The position numbers were made by a program, and so were the translations under genes. Shown here piece by piece: positions 37,337 to 51,771 of a DNA stretch of 64,000 nucleotides. The notes below the pieces were generated by a model. It saw nothing but the letters and a program-made list of their open reading frames with translations, had not been told where the DNA came from and searched no databases. Source of the DNA: Mustelus asterias (taxonomy: Eukaryota). The stretch's first letter is position 1. Every line of letters starts with the position of its first letter. Where the stretch lies: the NCBI RefSeq assembly GCF_964213995.1, contig NW_027590476.1:1-64000 (forward strand), written 5' to 3'.

Positions 37337-37728
37337 ATCCACATCTGTGGGAACCGTCCGTCTCTGTCCTCCTGCCCTCTGCAGAAGAAGTCTCCGCTCA
37401 GAGATTCGTCTCCCTCAGCTACTCAGTGAGACGTTTCTCTCCCCGAGAGATCTTCGTCAAGTAGACCGTCAACGACAAGCCACTGAATCCTGGGAACTAG
37501 AGGAACACCGAGGTGATGGCGAAGATCGGCAATAGCTCCTTCTTCATTTACAGTCTGTTATCCATTGCAACGGAGGAGTGGGCTAGCGGCGCTTCTTACT
37601 CCTGTGTGGTGGGACATGAAGCCATCCCCTTGAAGATCATCAACAGAACGGTTGATAAATCCAGCGATATACCCAGTTTTGTGAACATTTTCCTTGCACT
37701 GATGGACACCGTCAACTCATGTCAATGA
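37337..37728 (+). pseudogene. IgM Cmu4 plus secretory tailpiece (two stops, first Cys to Tyr, internal TM donor GT to AT)
   Basis: [24 protein letters not shown]...TAG at 37462 and 37498...[23 protein letters not shown]...LMDTVNSCQ*; AATAAA near 37756. Confidence 0.92.
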
Positions 37729-38914
37729 GAATCAAACAGTTGCATTCAAAACTTCAATAAAATAATAAATGACGAATGAAAATACCCAATCACTGACCTG
37801 ATTGTTTTCCATTCTTACTTCCGTTTGATCTCTTTGACTTACATCTGATATTCAGAGAGTGTCGGATCCGTCTTGTGGAACCAAAGCTCCCACCTCAGAT
37901 ACATCCTGACTTACAGATAGACTGGAGATCATTCATCACAGGATACTGAGATATAACTTCACCAACCTTCCTCCCGCTGAGCAGAAATCTGACGATTTCC
38001 CATTTCTGATGAACAAACACAGCACATTTAGATCTCTGTGTTCCTGTTTCTTTCTTTGTCCATCTCTTTAACCTTGACGTCAGCTTGAAGCTGTTGCACC
38101 ACACCCACTGGGAACTGAAGCGAGGGTCACAAAGAAACATGGAAGAACAAGCCCCCATCAGAGAGAATGGCAGGGAGTGAAATGATTAACACACTGGACT
38201 CCTACTCACCCAACAAAGAGAGGGGAGGGGCATTAGTTTACTCACTGTCCCCCCACTCTCACAAAAAAGAGATGGGAGCGACATTAGTTAGCCCCATGTA
38301 CCACCATAAAACAAATACAGAGAGGGCGTTGGGGCATTATTTATCCAACTATACTCCCACTTTCTCAATGAAAAGATGAGAACGTTATTATTCAGCCAAC
38401 TGCACCTCAACAGATGGAGCCAAAAGTAAAAATTGCTCCATCACTGAGAACGGGAAGCGATGACTTCACTATCCTTCCTCTCCCCAAGCAGGGAGTTTTA
38501 GAAAGGAAGAGCTGCCTAATGTAAGGATTCAGTTGCCAACTGAAGATATTGACTTCTGGTTTACTTGCCGCAGATTTTGAAATCTCATCATGCTAATCTT
38601 TTTACTGAATATGCATTTATGCAACATAATTTTAATGTGTTTTAACTCTCTTGTTCCTATTAATCATTTGCTGCCTTTGATACATCATATTCCAAATTTA
38701 AACCAATGATTGAATCCTCCCTGGTTTTCACTGTTCTGTCCTGGAGTTTTCTGAGATGCAAAAATGAATTATTTCATTCGGTCAGCTGATGTCACCTTGT
38801 CACTCACATGCAAGAAAATTATACACCAAACATTGAAAATATGCTGCATAATTCGTATTGTCAGGTTAATGATTGCCGGTGAAACTTGGAATACCAGTTA
38901 AAAAATACACATAG

Positions 38915-39895
38915 TGACAATACTGCAGAAAACTGACACAATTACAAGTACACATATAGACATACACATCCACACACATCAACACAAATGCACAAATACA
39001 AACACAAATACACATACTCACATTTATGCTCACAAATGCACAGACACGCAAATGTGTACGCATAGACACACATGCATACACCACACAATCACGTATATCC
39101 ATATGCACATTTATGGATAACACATACAAATACAGACAAACAAATATAGACACAGAAGCACATGTTTGCACAACGCACGCACACATACACAAAATGCATA
39201 CATAAATATGCACAAACGCATTCGCCCACAAAAACACGCACAACACAGGCACCACTGAACACACATACAGAGGAGCAATGGCAGTCACACCAACACACCC
39301 ATACACGCAGATTTAAAAACACAGATTGACATACCCACAAATAAACACATACGAAATTATGCAGATGCACAAATACACACATGGGCACACACAAATACAC
39401 AAATGCTCAAACAGGCACAAAAACAAATACATACACACAAGCAATCAAATTAAATAATCACACACAAACCCGCACACACATACACATACAAACATGCAAG
39501 TGCACGCATACATGCACATACACGAATATTTACACAGACCCACACACATAAAACATACATACATATACACAAATAAGGACAGACACATACACACGTGCAG
39601 AGCCACATAAATCTGCGAACACACATACACTGAAACAAATACATATATATTAGCACACGTTAATGCTGAGAGGAATACAGATATAAAGACAAACAATACC
39701 ACACACATTAACACACATAGCACATTATAATCACATATAAGCACATTAGCAGATTATACACAGGCACATAGATGAACAGAGAGCAAAACATTCACATGAA
39801 AATATGCAGAGGTAAGCATTAACATGCTCATACAGAGCAGAACACCACTACACGCATTAGTGCACATGGAGACACAAACACATATCAACACATAG
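38915..39895. repeat. Degenerate (CA/TA)n low-complexity tract
   Basis: Imperfect CACA/CATA/TACA repeats over about 1 kb. Confidence 0.85.
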
Positions 39896-39899
39896 GGTC

Positions 39900-40278
39900 A
39901 TCGAGTCATAGAGGATTACAGCATGGAAACAGGCCCTTCGGCCCAACTTATCCATGCCGCCCTTTTTTTTAAACCCCGAAGCTCATCCCAATTGCCCGCA
40001 TTTGGCCCATATCCCTCTATACCCATCATACCCATGTAACTATCTAAATGCTTTTTAAAAGACAAAATTGTACCCGCTTCTGTTACTTCTGGCAGCTTGT
40101 TCCAGACACTCACCACACTCTGTGTGAACAAATTTCTCCTCTGAACACTTTTGTATCTCTCCCCTCTCACCTTAAACCTATGCCTTCCAGTTTTAGACTC
40201 CCCTACCTTTGGGAAAATATATTGATTATCTAGCTGATCTATGTCCCTTATTATTTTATAGACCTCTATGAGATCTAG
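39900..40278 (-). mobile_element. CR1 3' fragment
   Basis: DLIEVYKII...FTQSVVSVWNKLPE. Confidence 0.8.
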
Positions 40279-41257
40279 AACATAGTTATAAAGAACTATC
40301 AAGATGTAAATACATACAGTAACGCATTAAGAGACACGCGCACTGACTCAGAGAAATGGAAGTAAACATTAATAGTCTGATAGAAATGTGGAATACAAAA
40401 AGGGGGATCATTACCGAGCAACAGGCACGAACACATGCGCATGTATTACGGGTGGCATTAAGAAATAAGCATAGATTTCACACAATAATGCAGTCATACA
40501 CACAGAATTGCAGAAGAATAAAATATACACACTGTTGAAGACGCACAAATACCCAAATGAACATTCATAGGGAAATGAATACGGACATTAACACTCATAC
40601 ATATTAACTCGGAATCAAAGATTAATGCAGAACACGAGATGCTCATACGCACAGCACAAATATAAAATTTTAAATACAAACGGCAAGCAACTGATTGAAA
40701 TAAAATTCAAACTTGACTATATTAATTGGCACATCCTCTGAAAACTGTCCGTATTATACAATGAACGGACAAATACACAGAAGGGGTGCCCTCACTGAGA
40801 AACTAGTTAATGATATACTAAACATTTCGAACATAACTAAACATAGAGGATGGGAACTCACATCTGAATTCCTAAACAACAAAATTCATAGTTTGCAGAT
40901 CAGTAGCAATCTGCTAAAATAATCATCATTGATCAGTGAACGTTCCGCGATATCAACTATAACATACTTCAATAAGGGATAGTGCCAAACTGTTCGAAAA
41001 TGGACTGATCCTGAAGAAAAATTCTTAAGGACTATCTGACAGATTCTGTCTAAGGAATGCAAATAATGAACAGTTGTGAAGATAGTTACGGAGATCGGTT
41101 ACTGAGTCTCCCGAACTTAACAGTAGATATAGTTTAAAAATTAAATTTGAGAATAAATTAACAGCGTAAGAAAGTGAAAATGTAATATAGAAATAACAAT
41201 AAAATTTCCTGGATCAATTAAGTAAATTAATTATATTTCCTTGTCTACGTCCCCTAG

Positions 41258-41468
41258 ACTCCACAGACCGCATCTGGGTTGAAGACAATGAGGATCATAA
41301 TGGCAACAGATGGACAACCGCTTCCGCGTTCATCGTCCTAATCTTCCTAAGCATTTTCTACAGCATCGCAATCAGAAGGGATTTGAAAAACCCCTAAATG
41401 TTTCCTTGATTAAAAACTTTTTAAATCATCTGCTTCATTATTTTATCTCTCTTTTCCAGCTCAAATGA
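41258..41468 (+). pseudogene. IgM TM1 exon (3' end and donor lost; reads through to stop at 41397) and TM2 (41460-41468)
   Basis: CTAG|DSTDRIWVEDNEDHNGNRWTTASAFIVLIFLSIFYS; then TTCCAG|CTCAAATGA (LK*, compare VK*). Confidence 0.85.
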
Positions 41469-43199
41469 TGGGCTGAATTTTGGATTCTGTAGTTTTCCCT
41501 CTGCTGATTATTAAGATGTCTATATGGCACAAATACAATACCTGGTCTTGGTGATTCGAGGAGTAACATTCCGTCAGTTTATGTTCCGCACTTGTAACTG
41601 AGACAAGTGTTGTCGGTATTTCTGTTTTTCAACTTAAAATTTACGGCATAATTATAGTTGTAAGATGATTGTATCTTGGAGTTTCCCCTGAATTTAATGT
41701 ATAAATAAGTACATTTTCATGAAACATATTCACAATTGTTCATTTTCCTTTATCTTGAAGTCCTGTGTTCTTTTTCTGGTTCTTGGTACAATTGTACATA
41801 TATTGGACAGCTCAGAGCGCAAGTGTTCTATTCTCAGTGCAAAGTTCAATCTTCATTTTCCCTTTTGTGAGCTTTAAAATAGACTTTTCTGTAAAATGTT
41901 CTTTGAAATTTTTATTAAATCTTGAATGAAATATGAACAAAATAATCGTCGAGCGAGGGTGTAAAATCTCGCCCTAATTCAATGAAAGAATTGCTGCGCC
42001 ACGCAGCGACCTATGCTGTAAATACATCTTTACCTCGCCTTTTTATGATAAAGTCCAATGATTGAACAGCGAGAACCTCGATGATTTCGCTTCTAACTGG
42101 TCTGTCACTGTCACATGCCAGGTAATTATGAACAGCACGAACTCTGCTTCATCATAGACCGATGCAGGACATTGTGGGAGAAAATAGTTTCCTTTACAAT
42201 GTCCCACCAAGCACGGCCGGTGTCGCAGCATCGTGGCTTGACTGAGTGAATCTCTATATTCCCCGATGAAATGCTCACAAGAAATGCGTACCGCAGACTA
42301 GAATATAACACAAACAGAACAGGGGTGCAAAACATAAAGTGGCCCAAGTGACTGAGGTGTATTTCACACTAACATATCATCGAATGCAAACTTCCAAATA
42401 AAAGGGCTGATGAGATTTACCAGAGTAAAATATTGATGAAATTCTTGAAACCTGGGGTGTATCTGACACAGTTCAGTGCAAACCGTGGGAATTGTTCCCA
42501 GGCTGGGCCTTACTGATACAGAGATTTCAGCTTCGCATTTTGTTTAAAATATACAGGCAGATACATTGTTCTCCCACAGTTCAATTAGATAGTGAAAGGG
42601 TCCACTGTCAAGAAAGTACAATGGCTGTCTGCTTCCACCATTATGGTTGTAATCACTGCCTTCTGTATCCATGATGCATTTCTCCCTCTTTCGCTCCACT
42701 TCCTTTGATGCTAACGCCCAGAACTCATGAGGATCACTCCAGGGATCCTCTCTCCCTGCTCCATTGTCTCTGATGCCATCTCACTAAACTCACTGAGCAA
42801 CACCTCAGAGTTGCAGAGCAGTTCCTTCAACAATTTTTCAGCGATTCCTTCGAAGACTTCCTGTTACAGGAATTTCAGCAAAAATAAAACTCTGTTGGGA
42901 TCCCAGTATCTTCCAATGTTTTCATTCTACTGTGAGGCAATTGATCCTCTGCAGACTTGAGGTGCAGGCATGTTGTTATTTGACGTTTAATATCACAAAT
43001 TACAAGGAGGAAATAATTCAATGTGTTCCATTGTCTGTGGGTCTTCAGTCGATGGTAGCATTAATAGGAAGGCAGATTATTAATTGAAATGACCTCAATT
43101 GAGAGAGACGGATAATCAGCGAGAACTTGGTTTCCTCGTGCATCAGTCGCTGAAAATAGGCATGCAGGTACAGCAAGCAGTGAGAAGACAGACTGCATG

Positions 43200-45845
43200 T
43201 CAGACCATTAGACCATTAGATTTAGGAGCAGAATTAGACCATTCGGCCCAAGGAGACTGCTCCTGCATTCAATCGTGGCAACTATGATTCTCATCCACAC
43301 TCTCCTGCCTTCTCCCCAGAACTCTTGATCCCCTTATCCATCAAGAACCTATCTATCTCTGTCCTAAAGACGCTCAGTGACCTGACCGCCACAGCCCTCT
43401 ATGACAATGAGTTCCACAGATTCACCACTCTCAAGCTGAGGAAATTCCTTCTTCTCTCAGTTTTAAAGGAGCGTCTCTTCACTCTGACTTTGTGCCCTCG
43501 AGTTCTCGTCGCTCTCACAACTGGAAACATTCTCTCCACGTTCACTCTAACCAGGCCTCTCAGTATTCTGTAAGTTTCAACGAGATCCCCCCAGATCCTT
43601 CTAAACTCCATCGAGTATAGGCGCAGACTCTTCAACCGCTCCTCATATGAAAAACCCTTCATTCCTGCGATCATTCTTGTGAACCTCCTGGTGCCCCTCC
43701 AAGGCCAGCGCATCCTTCCTAAGGTATAGGGCCAAAAACTGCTCACACGATTTCAAATAGAGTCTGACCAGAGCCCTATATACCCTCAATAGCACATCCC
43801 TCATCTTATATTCTAGCCCTGTAGAAATGAATGCAAATGTTGAATTTGCCTTCTCAACTGCCAACTGAACCTGCATGTTAACAATCAGAGAGTCCTGAGC
43901 TCGGACTCCTAAGTCCACTTGTGCACAGATTTCGGAAGCCTTTCCCAATCGAGAAGATTTTCTATGCTTCTCTTCTTCCTGCTAATGTGATTAATCTCAC
44001 ACTTTCCAACGTTGTATTCCATCTTCTACTTCTTTGCCCATTCTCCTATCCTATCCAAGTCATTCTGCAGCCTCCCCATGTCCTGAACACTCCCTGTCCC
44101 TCTACATATCTTTGTGTGATCCACAAATTTAGCAACCATGCCCTCAGTTCCATCTTCCAGATCATTAATATATATCGTGAAAAGTTGGAGTCACAGCACT
44201 GACCTCTGTGGAACACCACCAGTCACCCTCGGACCCCATTATCCCCACTCTCTGCCTTATGACTGTCAGCCACTCTTCTATCCATGTCAGTACATTACCT
44301 CCAATAAAATTTGGCTTTTGCTCATTTAGCAGCCTCATGTAAGGTACCTTGTCAAAGGCTTTCTGGAACTCCAAATAAATCACGTCCAATGGCTCTCCTT
44401 TGTCTAATTTCTTCATTCCCGCCTCAAAATACTCAAAAACATTTGTCAGACATGACCTCCACTTCACGAAGCCAAGCTGAATCAGCCCTATTTTACCATG
44501 CATTTCCAAGTAGTCCGCAATTTCCTCCTTAATAATGGACTCCAAGATCTTACCCACCACCGAGATTAGGCTAACCGGCCTATAATTTCCCATCTTCTGC
44601 CTCTCTTCCTTCTCAAAAAGGGGTGTTACATTAGAATTATCCCAGTCCTCTTGGACTTTCCCTGGCTCCAGTTATCCCTGAATGATCATCACCAATGCCT
44701 CCACAATCTCCTCAGCTATCCACTTCAGATCCTGGGGTGTAGTCAATTCAATCCTGGTGATTCATACACCTTCAGACCTTTCAGCTTCCCTTGCTTTCCC
44801 TTCTCTTTAGTGATGGCCATTACATTTACTTCTGCCCCCTGACCTTCTTGAAGTTTCGGCATGTTACTGGTGTCTTCCAACGTGAAGACTGAAACAAAGT
44901 ATCCATTCTGTTCCTTTGTCATTTTTTGTCCCCGATTACTACTTCTCCAGCTGTCCAAAGTCTATCCCTGACTCTCTCTTACCTTTTATATATCTAAGAA
45001 AAAACTCATGCAATTTTCTTTGATATTACTAGCGAGCTTATCATCATATTCATCTTTTCACCCTTTTTGGTTTTTTTCTAGTAGTCCTCTGCTTGCCTTT
45101 AAAGGATTCCCAATCCTCTGGCTTCCCACTATTTCTCGCCTCACGGTATTCTCTTTCCTTTGCTTTTATGCTATTGCTGTCTTCCCTTGTCAGCCATGCT
45201 GGCCTCGTCGTCCCCTTAACATGCTTCCTCTTTCTTGCAATACATTTATGATGTGCCTTCTGAATTGTCCCCCCAAATCTCTGCCACGATTGTTCCACAG
45301 TCTTTCCTGCTAGGCATCCTGTCCAAGCAAATCTGGCCAGCTCCTCCTTTACGGCCTTGTAGTTGCCTTTACTCAATTGTAGCACCGTTTTATCCGATTT
45401 CAAAGTTTCCCCCTTAAACTGAAAGGTGAATTCAATCATATTGCTGTCAATGCCCCTTAGGCGTTCCTTCAACTTAAGTTCCCTGATCAAGATTGCCTCA
45501 TTACACATTACCAGACACAGAAGTGCCTGTTCTGGCACAACCTGCTCCAAAAAAAAACATCGCATCAACATTCCACAATTTTTTTTATCTTCGGATCCGC
45601 TACCAACTTCACTTTCCCAGTCCACCTGCATATTGAAATCCCCCATGCTCACTGTAATATTGCCTTTCTTCCATGCCTTTTTTATCTCCTGACTTATTTT
45701 CTGTCCGACATACTGACGACAGCTGGGGGTCCTGTTCATAACTCCCATCCGGATCATTTTCCCAATTGCAATTCCTCAACTCCACCACACAGATTCTATG
45801 CCGTCCGACCCAATATCCCCTCTTGCTAATGATTTAATTTCGTTT
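43200..45845 (-). mobile_element. Old CR1 LINE ORF2 remnant
   Basis: MGDFN, GNYRPVSL, FQKAFDKVP and RVVNLWNSL fragments in shifting frames. Confidence 0.85.
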
Positions 45846-45859
45846 CATGGAATAATATA

Positions 45860-46365
45860 ATCCTACAGTGCAGAAGGAGCCCATTCGGCCCATCGAGTTT
45901 GTACCGACCACAATACCATCCAGGCCCTATCCCCGTAAAACCACGCATTTACCCGAGCTATTCCCCTTGACACTAAGGGGCAATGTAGCATGGCCAATCC
46001 ACCTAACTTCATAACTTCGGACTGTGGGAGGAAACCAGAGAACCCAGAAGAAACCAACGCAGACACAGGGATAATGTACAAACTGCACACACACAGTCAC
46101 TCAAGCGGGGAATCGAACCCCGGGCCCCTGGCACTGTGCGGCCACAGTGCTAAACACTGTGCCACTGTGCTGTGTTTCTTACCCACTTGGCATGTTGGCC
46201 TTCATAGCGAGAGGTAGTGTGCGCGATTATCCGAATCTCGATGTTACAGCCATATTGTCATTGGGGCGGCATGGTAGCACAATGGTTACCACTGCTACCC
46301 CTAGGCGCCAGGGACCCGGGTTCGATTCCTGTCTTAGGTGACTATTTGTGCGGAGTTTGCACAAT
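45860..46365. mobile_element. Two HE1-type SINEs head to head (45860-46170 -, 46263-46365 +)
   Basis: tRNA-like heads and conserved core. Confidence 0.7.
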
Positions 46366-48135
46366 CTTAGAGTAAGCTTAGGGCCAGTCAAGGACAGGAG
46401 TGGGAAGTTGTGCGTGGAGTCTGAAGAGATAGAAGAGACACCAAATGAATATTTTTCGTCGGTATTCACACTGGAGAGGGACAGTGTCGAGGGGAGTACT
46501 GAGATGCAGGCTGTTGGACTGGATGGGATTGAGGTTCATAGGGAGGAGGTGTTAGCAATTCTGGAAAGGGTAAAAATAGATAAGTCCCCTGGGCCGGATG
46601 GGATTTATCCTAGGATTCTCTGGGAGGCCTAGAGAGGAGATTGCAGAGCCTTTGGCTTTGATCTTTGGGTCGTCATTGTCTACTGGAACAGTGCCAGAAG
46701 ACTGGAGGATAGCAAATGTTGTCCCCTTGTTCAAGAAGGGGAGTAGAGACAACCCTGGTAATTATAGACCGGTGAGCCTTACTTCTGTTGTGGGCAAAGT
46801 ATTGGAAACGATTATAAGAGATAGGATTCATAATCACCTGGAAAGGAATAATTTGATTAGGGATAGTCAGCACGGTTTTGTGAAGGGTAAGTCGTGCCTC
46901 ACAAACCTTATTGAGTTCTTTGAGAAGGTGACCAAAGAGGTGGATGAGGGGAAAGCGGTTGATGTGGTGTATATGGATTTCAGCAAAGAGTTTGATAAGA
47001 TTCCCCATGGTAAGCTGTTGCAGAAAATACGGACACATGGGATTGAGGGTGATTTAGTGGTTTAGATCAGGAATTGGCTAGCTGTAAGAAAACAGAGGGT
47101 GGTGGTTGATGGGAAATATTCATCCTGGAGTTACGTTACGAGTGGTGTACGGCAAGGATCTGTTTTAGGGCCACTGCTGTTGTCATTATTATTAATGACC
47201 TGGATGAGGGCATAGAAGGACAAGTTAGTAAATTTGCGGATGACACTAAGTGGAGTTGTAGACAGTGCGGAGGGAAGTGGCAGGTTACAGAGGGACATAG
47301 ATAAGCTGTAGAGCTGGGCTGAGAGGTGGCAAATGGAGTTTAATGCGGAAACCTGCGAAGTGATTCAGTTTGGAAGGAGTAACAAGAATACAGAGTACTG
47401 GGCTAATGGTAAGATACTTGGTAGTAAGGATGAACAGAGGGATCTGGGTGTCCATGTGCATAGATCCCTGAAAGTTGGCACCCAGGTTGATAGGGTTGTT
47501 AAGAAGGCGTTTGGTGTGTTAGCTTTTATTGGGAGAGGGATTGAGTTTCGCAGGCAGGAGGTCATGTTGCAACTGTACAAAACTCTGGTGCGGCCGCACT
47601 TGGAGTATTGCGTACAGTTCTGGTCGCCGCATTATAGGAAGGATGTGGAAGTGTTGGAAAGGGTGCAGAGGAGATTTACCAGGATGTTGCCTGGTATGGT
47701 GGGAAAATCGTATGAGGAAAGGCTGAGGGGCTTGAGGTTGTTTTCGTTAGAGAGAAGGAGGTTAACAGGTGACTTAATAGAGGCTTACATGATGATCAGA
47801 GGATTAGATAGGGTGGATAGTGAGAGCCTTTTTCCTTGGATGGTGATGGCTAACACGAGGGGACATAGCTTTAAATTGAGGGGTGAGAGATATAGGACAG
47901 ATGTTCGAGGTAGGTTCTTTACTCAGAGAGTAGTAAGGGCGTGGAATGCCCTGCCTGCAGCAGTAGTGGACTCGTCAACATTAAGAGCATTCAAATGGTT
48001 ATTGGATAAACATATGGATGATATTGGAATATTGTAGGTTAGATGGGCTTTAGATAGGTTTCACTAGTCGGTGCAACATCGAGGGCCGAACGGCCTGTAC
48101 TGCGCTGTAAAGTTCTATGTTCGATGTTCTATGTT
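46366..48135 (+). mobile_element. CR1 LINE, 5'-truncated RT region
   Basis: KSPGPDGIYPRIL, NYRPVSLTSVVGK, KFADD; (TTCTATG)n tail; frameshifts. Confidence 0.9.
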
Positions 48136-51100
48136 CTGTGTGAAACAATTGCCCCTCTGGACCCTTTTGCATGTCTCTCCTTTCACCTTAAACCTATGCC
48201 CTCTAGTTTTAGACTCCCCCATATTTGGGAAATGATATTGACTATCAAGCTGATCAATGTCCCTCATTACTTTATAGACCTCCATAAGATCACGCATCAC
48301 TTTTCTAAGGTCCAGAGAAAAAGGTCCCAGTCTATCCAGTCTCTCCATATAACTCAAACCATCAAGTCCTGGTAGCATCCTAGTTAATCTCTTCAGCACT
48401 CTTTCTATTTTAATAATATCCTTTCTATAATAGGGTGACCAGAACTTGCACAGTATTCCAAGTGTGGCCTGACCAATGTCTTGTACAACTTCAACAAGAC
48501 GTCACAACTCCTGTATTCAATGTTCTGACCAATGAAACCAAGTATGCCGAATGCCTTCCTCATCACTCTGTCCACATGTGACTGCACTTTCAAGCAGCTA
48601 TGAACCTGTACTCCTCGTTCTCTTTGTTCTGTAACTCCCTCCAACGCCCTACGATTAACTGAGTAAGTCCTGCCCTTGTTCAATCTGCAAAAATGCATCG
48701 CCTGGCATTTATCCAAATTAAACTCCATCTGCCATTCGTCAGCCCACTGGCCCAATTGATCAAGATCCCCTTGCAATCCGAGATAACCTTCCCCACTGTC
48801 CAATATGCCACCGACCTTGGTGACATCTGGAAACTTACTAACCTTGCCTCCTATATTTTCATTCAAATCATTAATATCAATATCAGAGGACACAGCACCG
48901 ATCCCTGAGCCACACCTCAGGTCACAGGCCTCCAGTTTGAAAAACAACCCTCTACAACCACCGTCTGGCTTCTGTCATCAAGCCAATTTTGTATCCATTC
49001 AGGTACCCCACCCTGGATACCGTGAAATTTTAACCTTATGCAACAATCTACCATGCGGTACCTTGCCAAAGGCCTTGCTAAAGTCCATGTAGACAACACC
49101 AGCTGCACGGTCCTCATCTACCTTCTTGGTTACCATTTCTAAAAACACAATCAAATTTGTGAGACATGACTTTCCACTCACAAAGCCATGCTGACTGTCC
49201 CGAATCAGTTGTTGCGTCTCTAAATGCCTGTAGATCCTGTCTCTCAAAATAACTTCCAACAACTCATCCACCACAGGTGTGAGGCTCAACGGCCAGTAGT
49301 TCCCAGGCTGTTCCCTGCAGCCCATTTTGAACCAAGGTACAACATTTGCTACCCTCCAATCTTCAGGCACCTCACCTGTGACTATCGATGATTCAAATAT
49401 CTCTGCTAGGGGACCTGCAATTTCCTCCCCTGCCTTCCACAATGTCCTGGGATACACTTCATTAGGTCCCGGGGATTTACCTACCTTGATGGACTTTATG
49501 ACTTCCAGCACCTCCTTCTCTGTAATATGTGCGCGCCTCAAGTCATCACCATTTATGTCCTCTAGTCCTCTAACATCCATGCTTTTCTCAACAGTAAATA
49601 CTGATGAGAAATATTCATTTAGGATCTCAACCATCTCTTGTGAATCCGCACATAGATGACCTTGTTGATCTTTAAGAGGCCGTACTCTCTCACTAGTTAC
49701 TCTTGTGGCCTTTATGAGTTTGCAGAAGTTCTTTGGATTGTCCTTTGCCTTGTCTGCCAAATCAATCCCTTGTCCCCTTTTTGCCCTCCTGATTTCTCTC
49801 TTAACTCTACTCCTACATCCAATAGACTATTCAAGAGATTCACTTGATCCCAGCTGCCTATGCATGTCATGTGCCTCTTTCTTCTTCTTGACCAGGCCCT
49901 CAATATCCCGAGTCATCCACGGTTCCCTACTTCTACCAGTCTTGCCCGTCACTCTTCAGAGGAATGTGCTTAGTCTGAACCCAGGTTAACACACTTTTGA
50001 AAGCCTCCCACTTACCAGCTGTCTCTTTGCTTTCCCACATATTCCCCCACTTAACGTTTGAATGTAGCTGCCTGTTACCATCAAAATTGGCCTTACCGCA
50101 ATTTAGAATTGTAACTTTTGGGCCAGACCTATCATTCTCCATCGCCATCTTAAAACTAATAGAATGATGATCACTGGTCCCCAAATGATCCCTCACTAAC
50201 ACTTCTGTCACCTGCCCTTCTTTATTTTCCAAGAGGGCATCAAGTTTTGCCCCCTCTCTAGTCGGGTCATCCACATACTGAATGAGAAATTCCTCGTGAC
50301 TACACTCAACAAATTTCTCTCCATTCAACCCGCTAATGCTAAGGCTGTCCCGGTCAACGTTGAGAAAGATAAAATCCATTAATATTGCCGTCCTATTTTT
50401 CTTGGAGCTATCTGTAATCTCCTTACGTATATGCTCCTCAATTTTGCGCTGTCTATTTGGGGGCCTAAAGTATAACCCTATGACAATTCTACCCATATAC
50501 ACTCAGTGGCCGAACCCTCGGATATATCCCCTCTCAGTACTGCTGTGATGTTCTCCCTAATCAAAAGTGCCACACCCCCTCCTCTCTCACCTCCTGTTCT
50601 ATCTTTCCTCTAGCATCTGTACCCTTGAATATTGAGCTGCCAGTCCTGTCCCTCCCTTAGCCATGTTTCAGTAATTGCTATAATATCCCAGTCCCCGGAC
50701 CCATCCGTGCCTTCAGTTCTTCTGCCTTGCCCGTCAGAACTCTTGCATTGAAATAAATGCAGTTTAATCTGGACTTCCCTCGCTCTCTGCTCTGCTTTTG
50801 CCTGATGTGTCTGGTGCTAGGATGACTGACAATGCCTTTCCAACTTAATGTGCTCTCTTTAACAGCTGTTCTGTCCTCAACGTTCTCTTCTGTCTCCCTA
50901 CTGCTTTGGGTCCCACCGCTCTGGCGCGAGTTTAAACCCTCCCGAGCGGCTCATGCAAATCTCCCCCCACTAGGGTATTAGTCCCCTTCCAGTTTAGGTG
51001 TAACCCATCCCTCTTGAACAGGTCACCCTTTCCCCAGAAGAGATCCCTGCCCCTGCACCAGCTCTTAAGCCACGCATTCGGCTGCCTAATCTTCCTATTC

Positions 51101-51771
51101 TCACCAACATGTGGCACCAATAGTAGTCCAGAAATTACAAACTTCGAGGTCCTGCACTTTAGCCTTCTGCCTAACTCTCTATATTCACACTTCAGGACCT
51201 CATCCCTTTTCCTATCTATGTCGTGGATACCAATATGTACAACGACCTTTGGCTGGTCACCCTTCTCCTTAAGAATGTCTTGCAACTGCTCAGAGACATC
51301 CTTGACCCTGGCACCCGGGAGGCAACACACCATCCTGAAGTCTCGATCGCGGCCACAGAAACGCCTGTCTGTGCCTCCACCTAGCAAGTCCCCTATTACT
51401 GCAGGTCGCTTGCTCTTTGCCCGACCCTGCGCTACAGAAAAACCAGGTTTGGTGCATCAGGGCAGGCTGCTGCTGGTATCTTCCCCTTAAAGGCTACCCC
51501 CTTCAAAACGATATACCTGTTTGAAAGGGGAATAGCCACTGGAGACTCCTGCACCACCTGTCTGCCTCTCCTGGCGGTCACCCATCTGCATGACTGAAGC
51601 TGTGATGTGAAAACCTTCTTGTAACCTGTGCCCATCACACTCTCTGCCCCCCGTATGCTTCGCAGTGCATCCACCTGCTGCTCCAACCGAACAATGTGAT
51701 CTTTGAGGATCTGCAACTAGACATTCTTCCTGCACATATAGTTATCAGGGAGAGTAGATTGCTCCCTAATT

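Noticed and set aside
38866-39744. Cys/Val-rich and His/Thr-rich ORFs
   Set aside because: Translation artefacts of the degenerate (CA)n tract.
46227-46246. 20-nt exact match to the tRNA-Val unit spacer near 60093
   Set aside because: Isolated between repeats; no interpretation can be supported.
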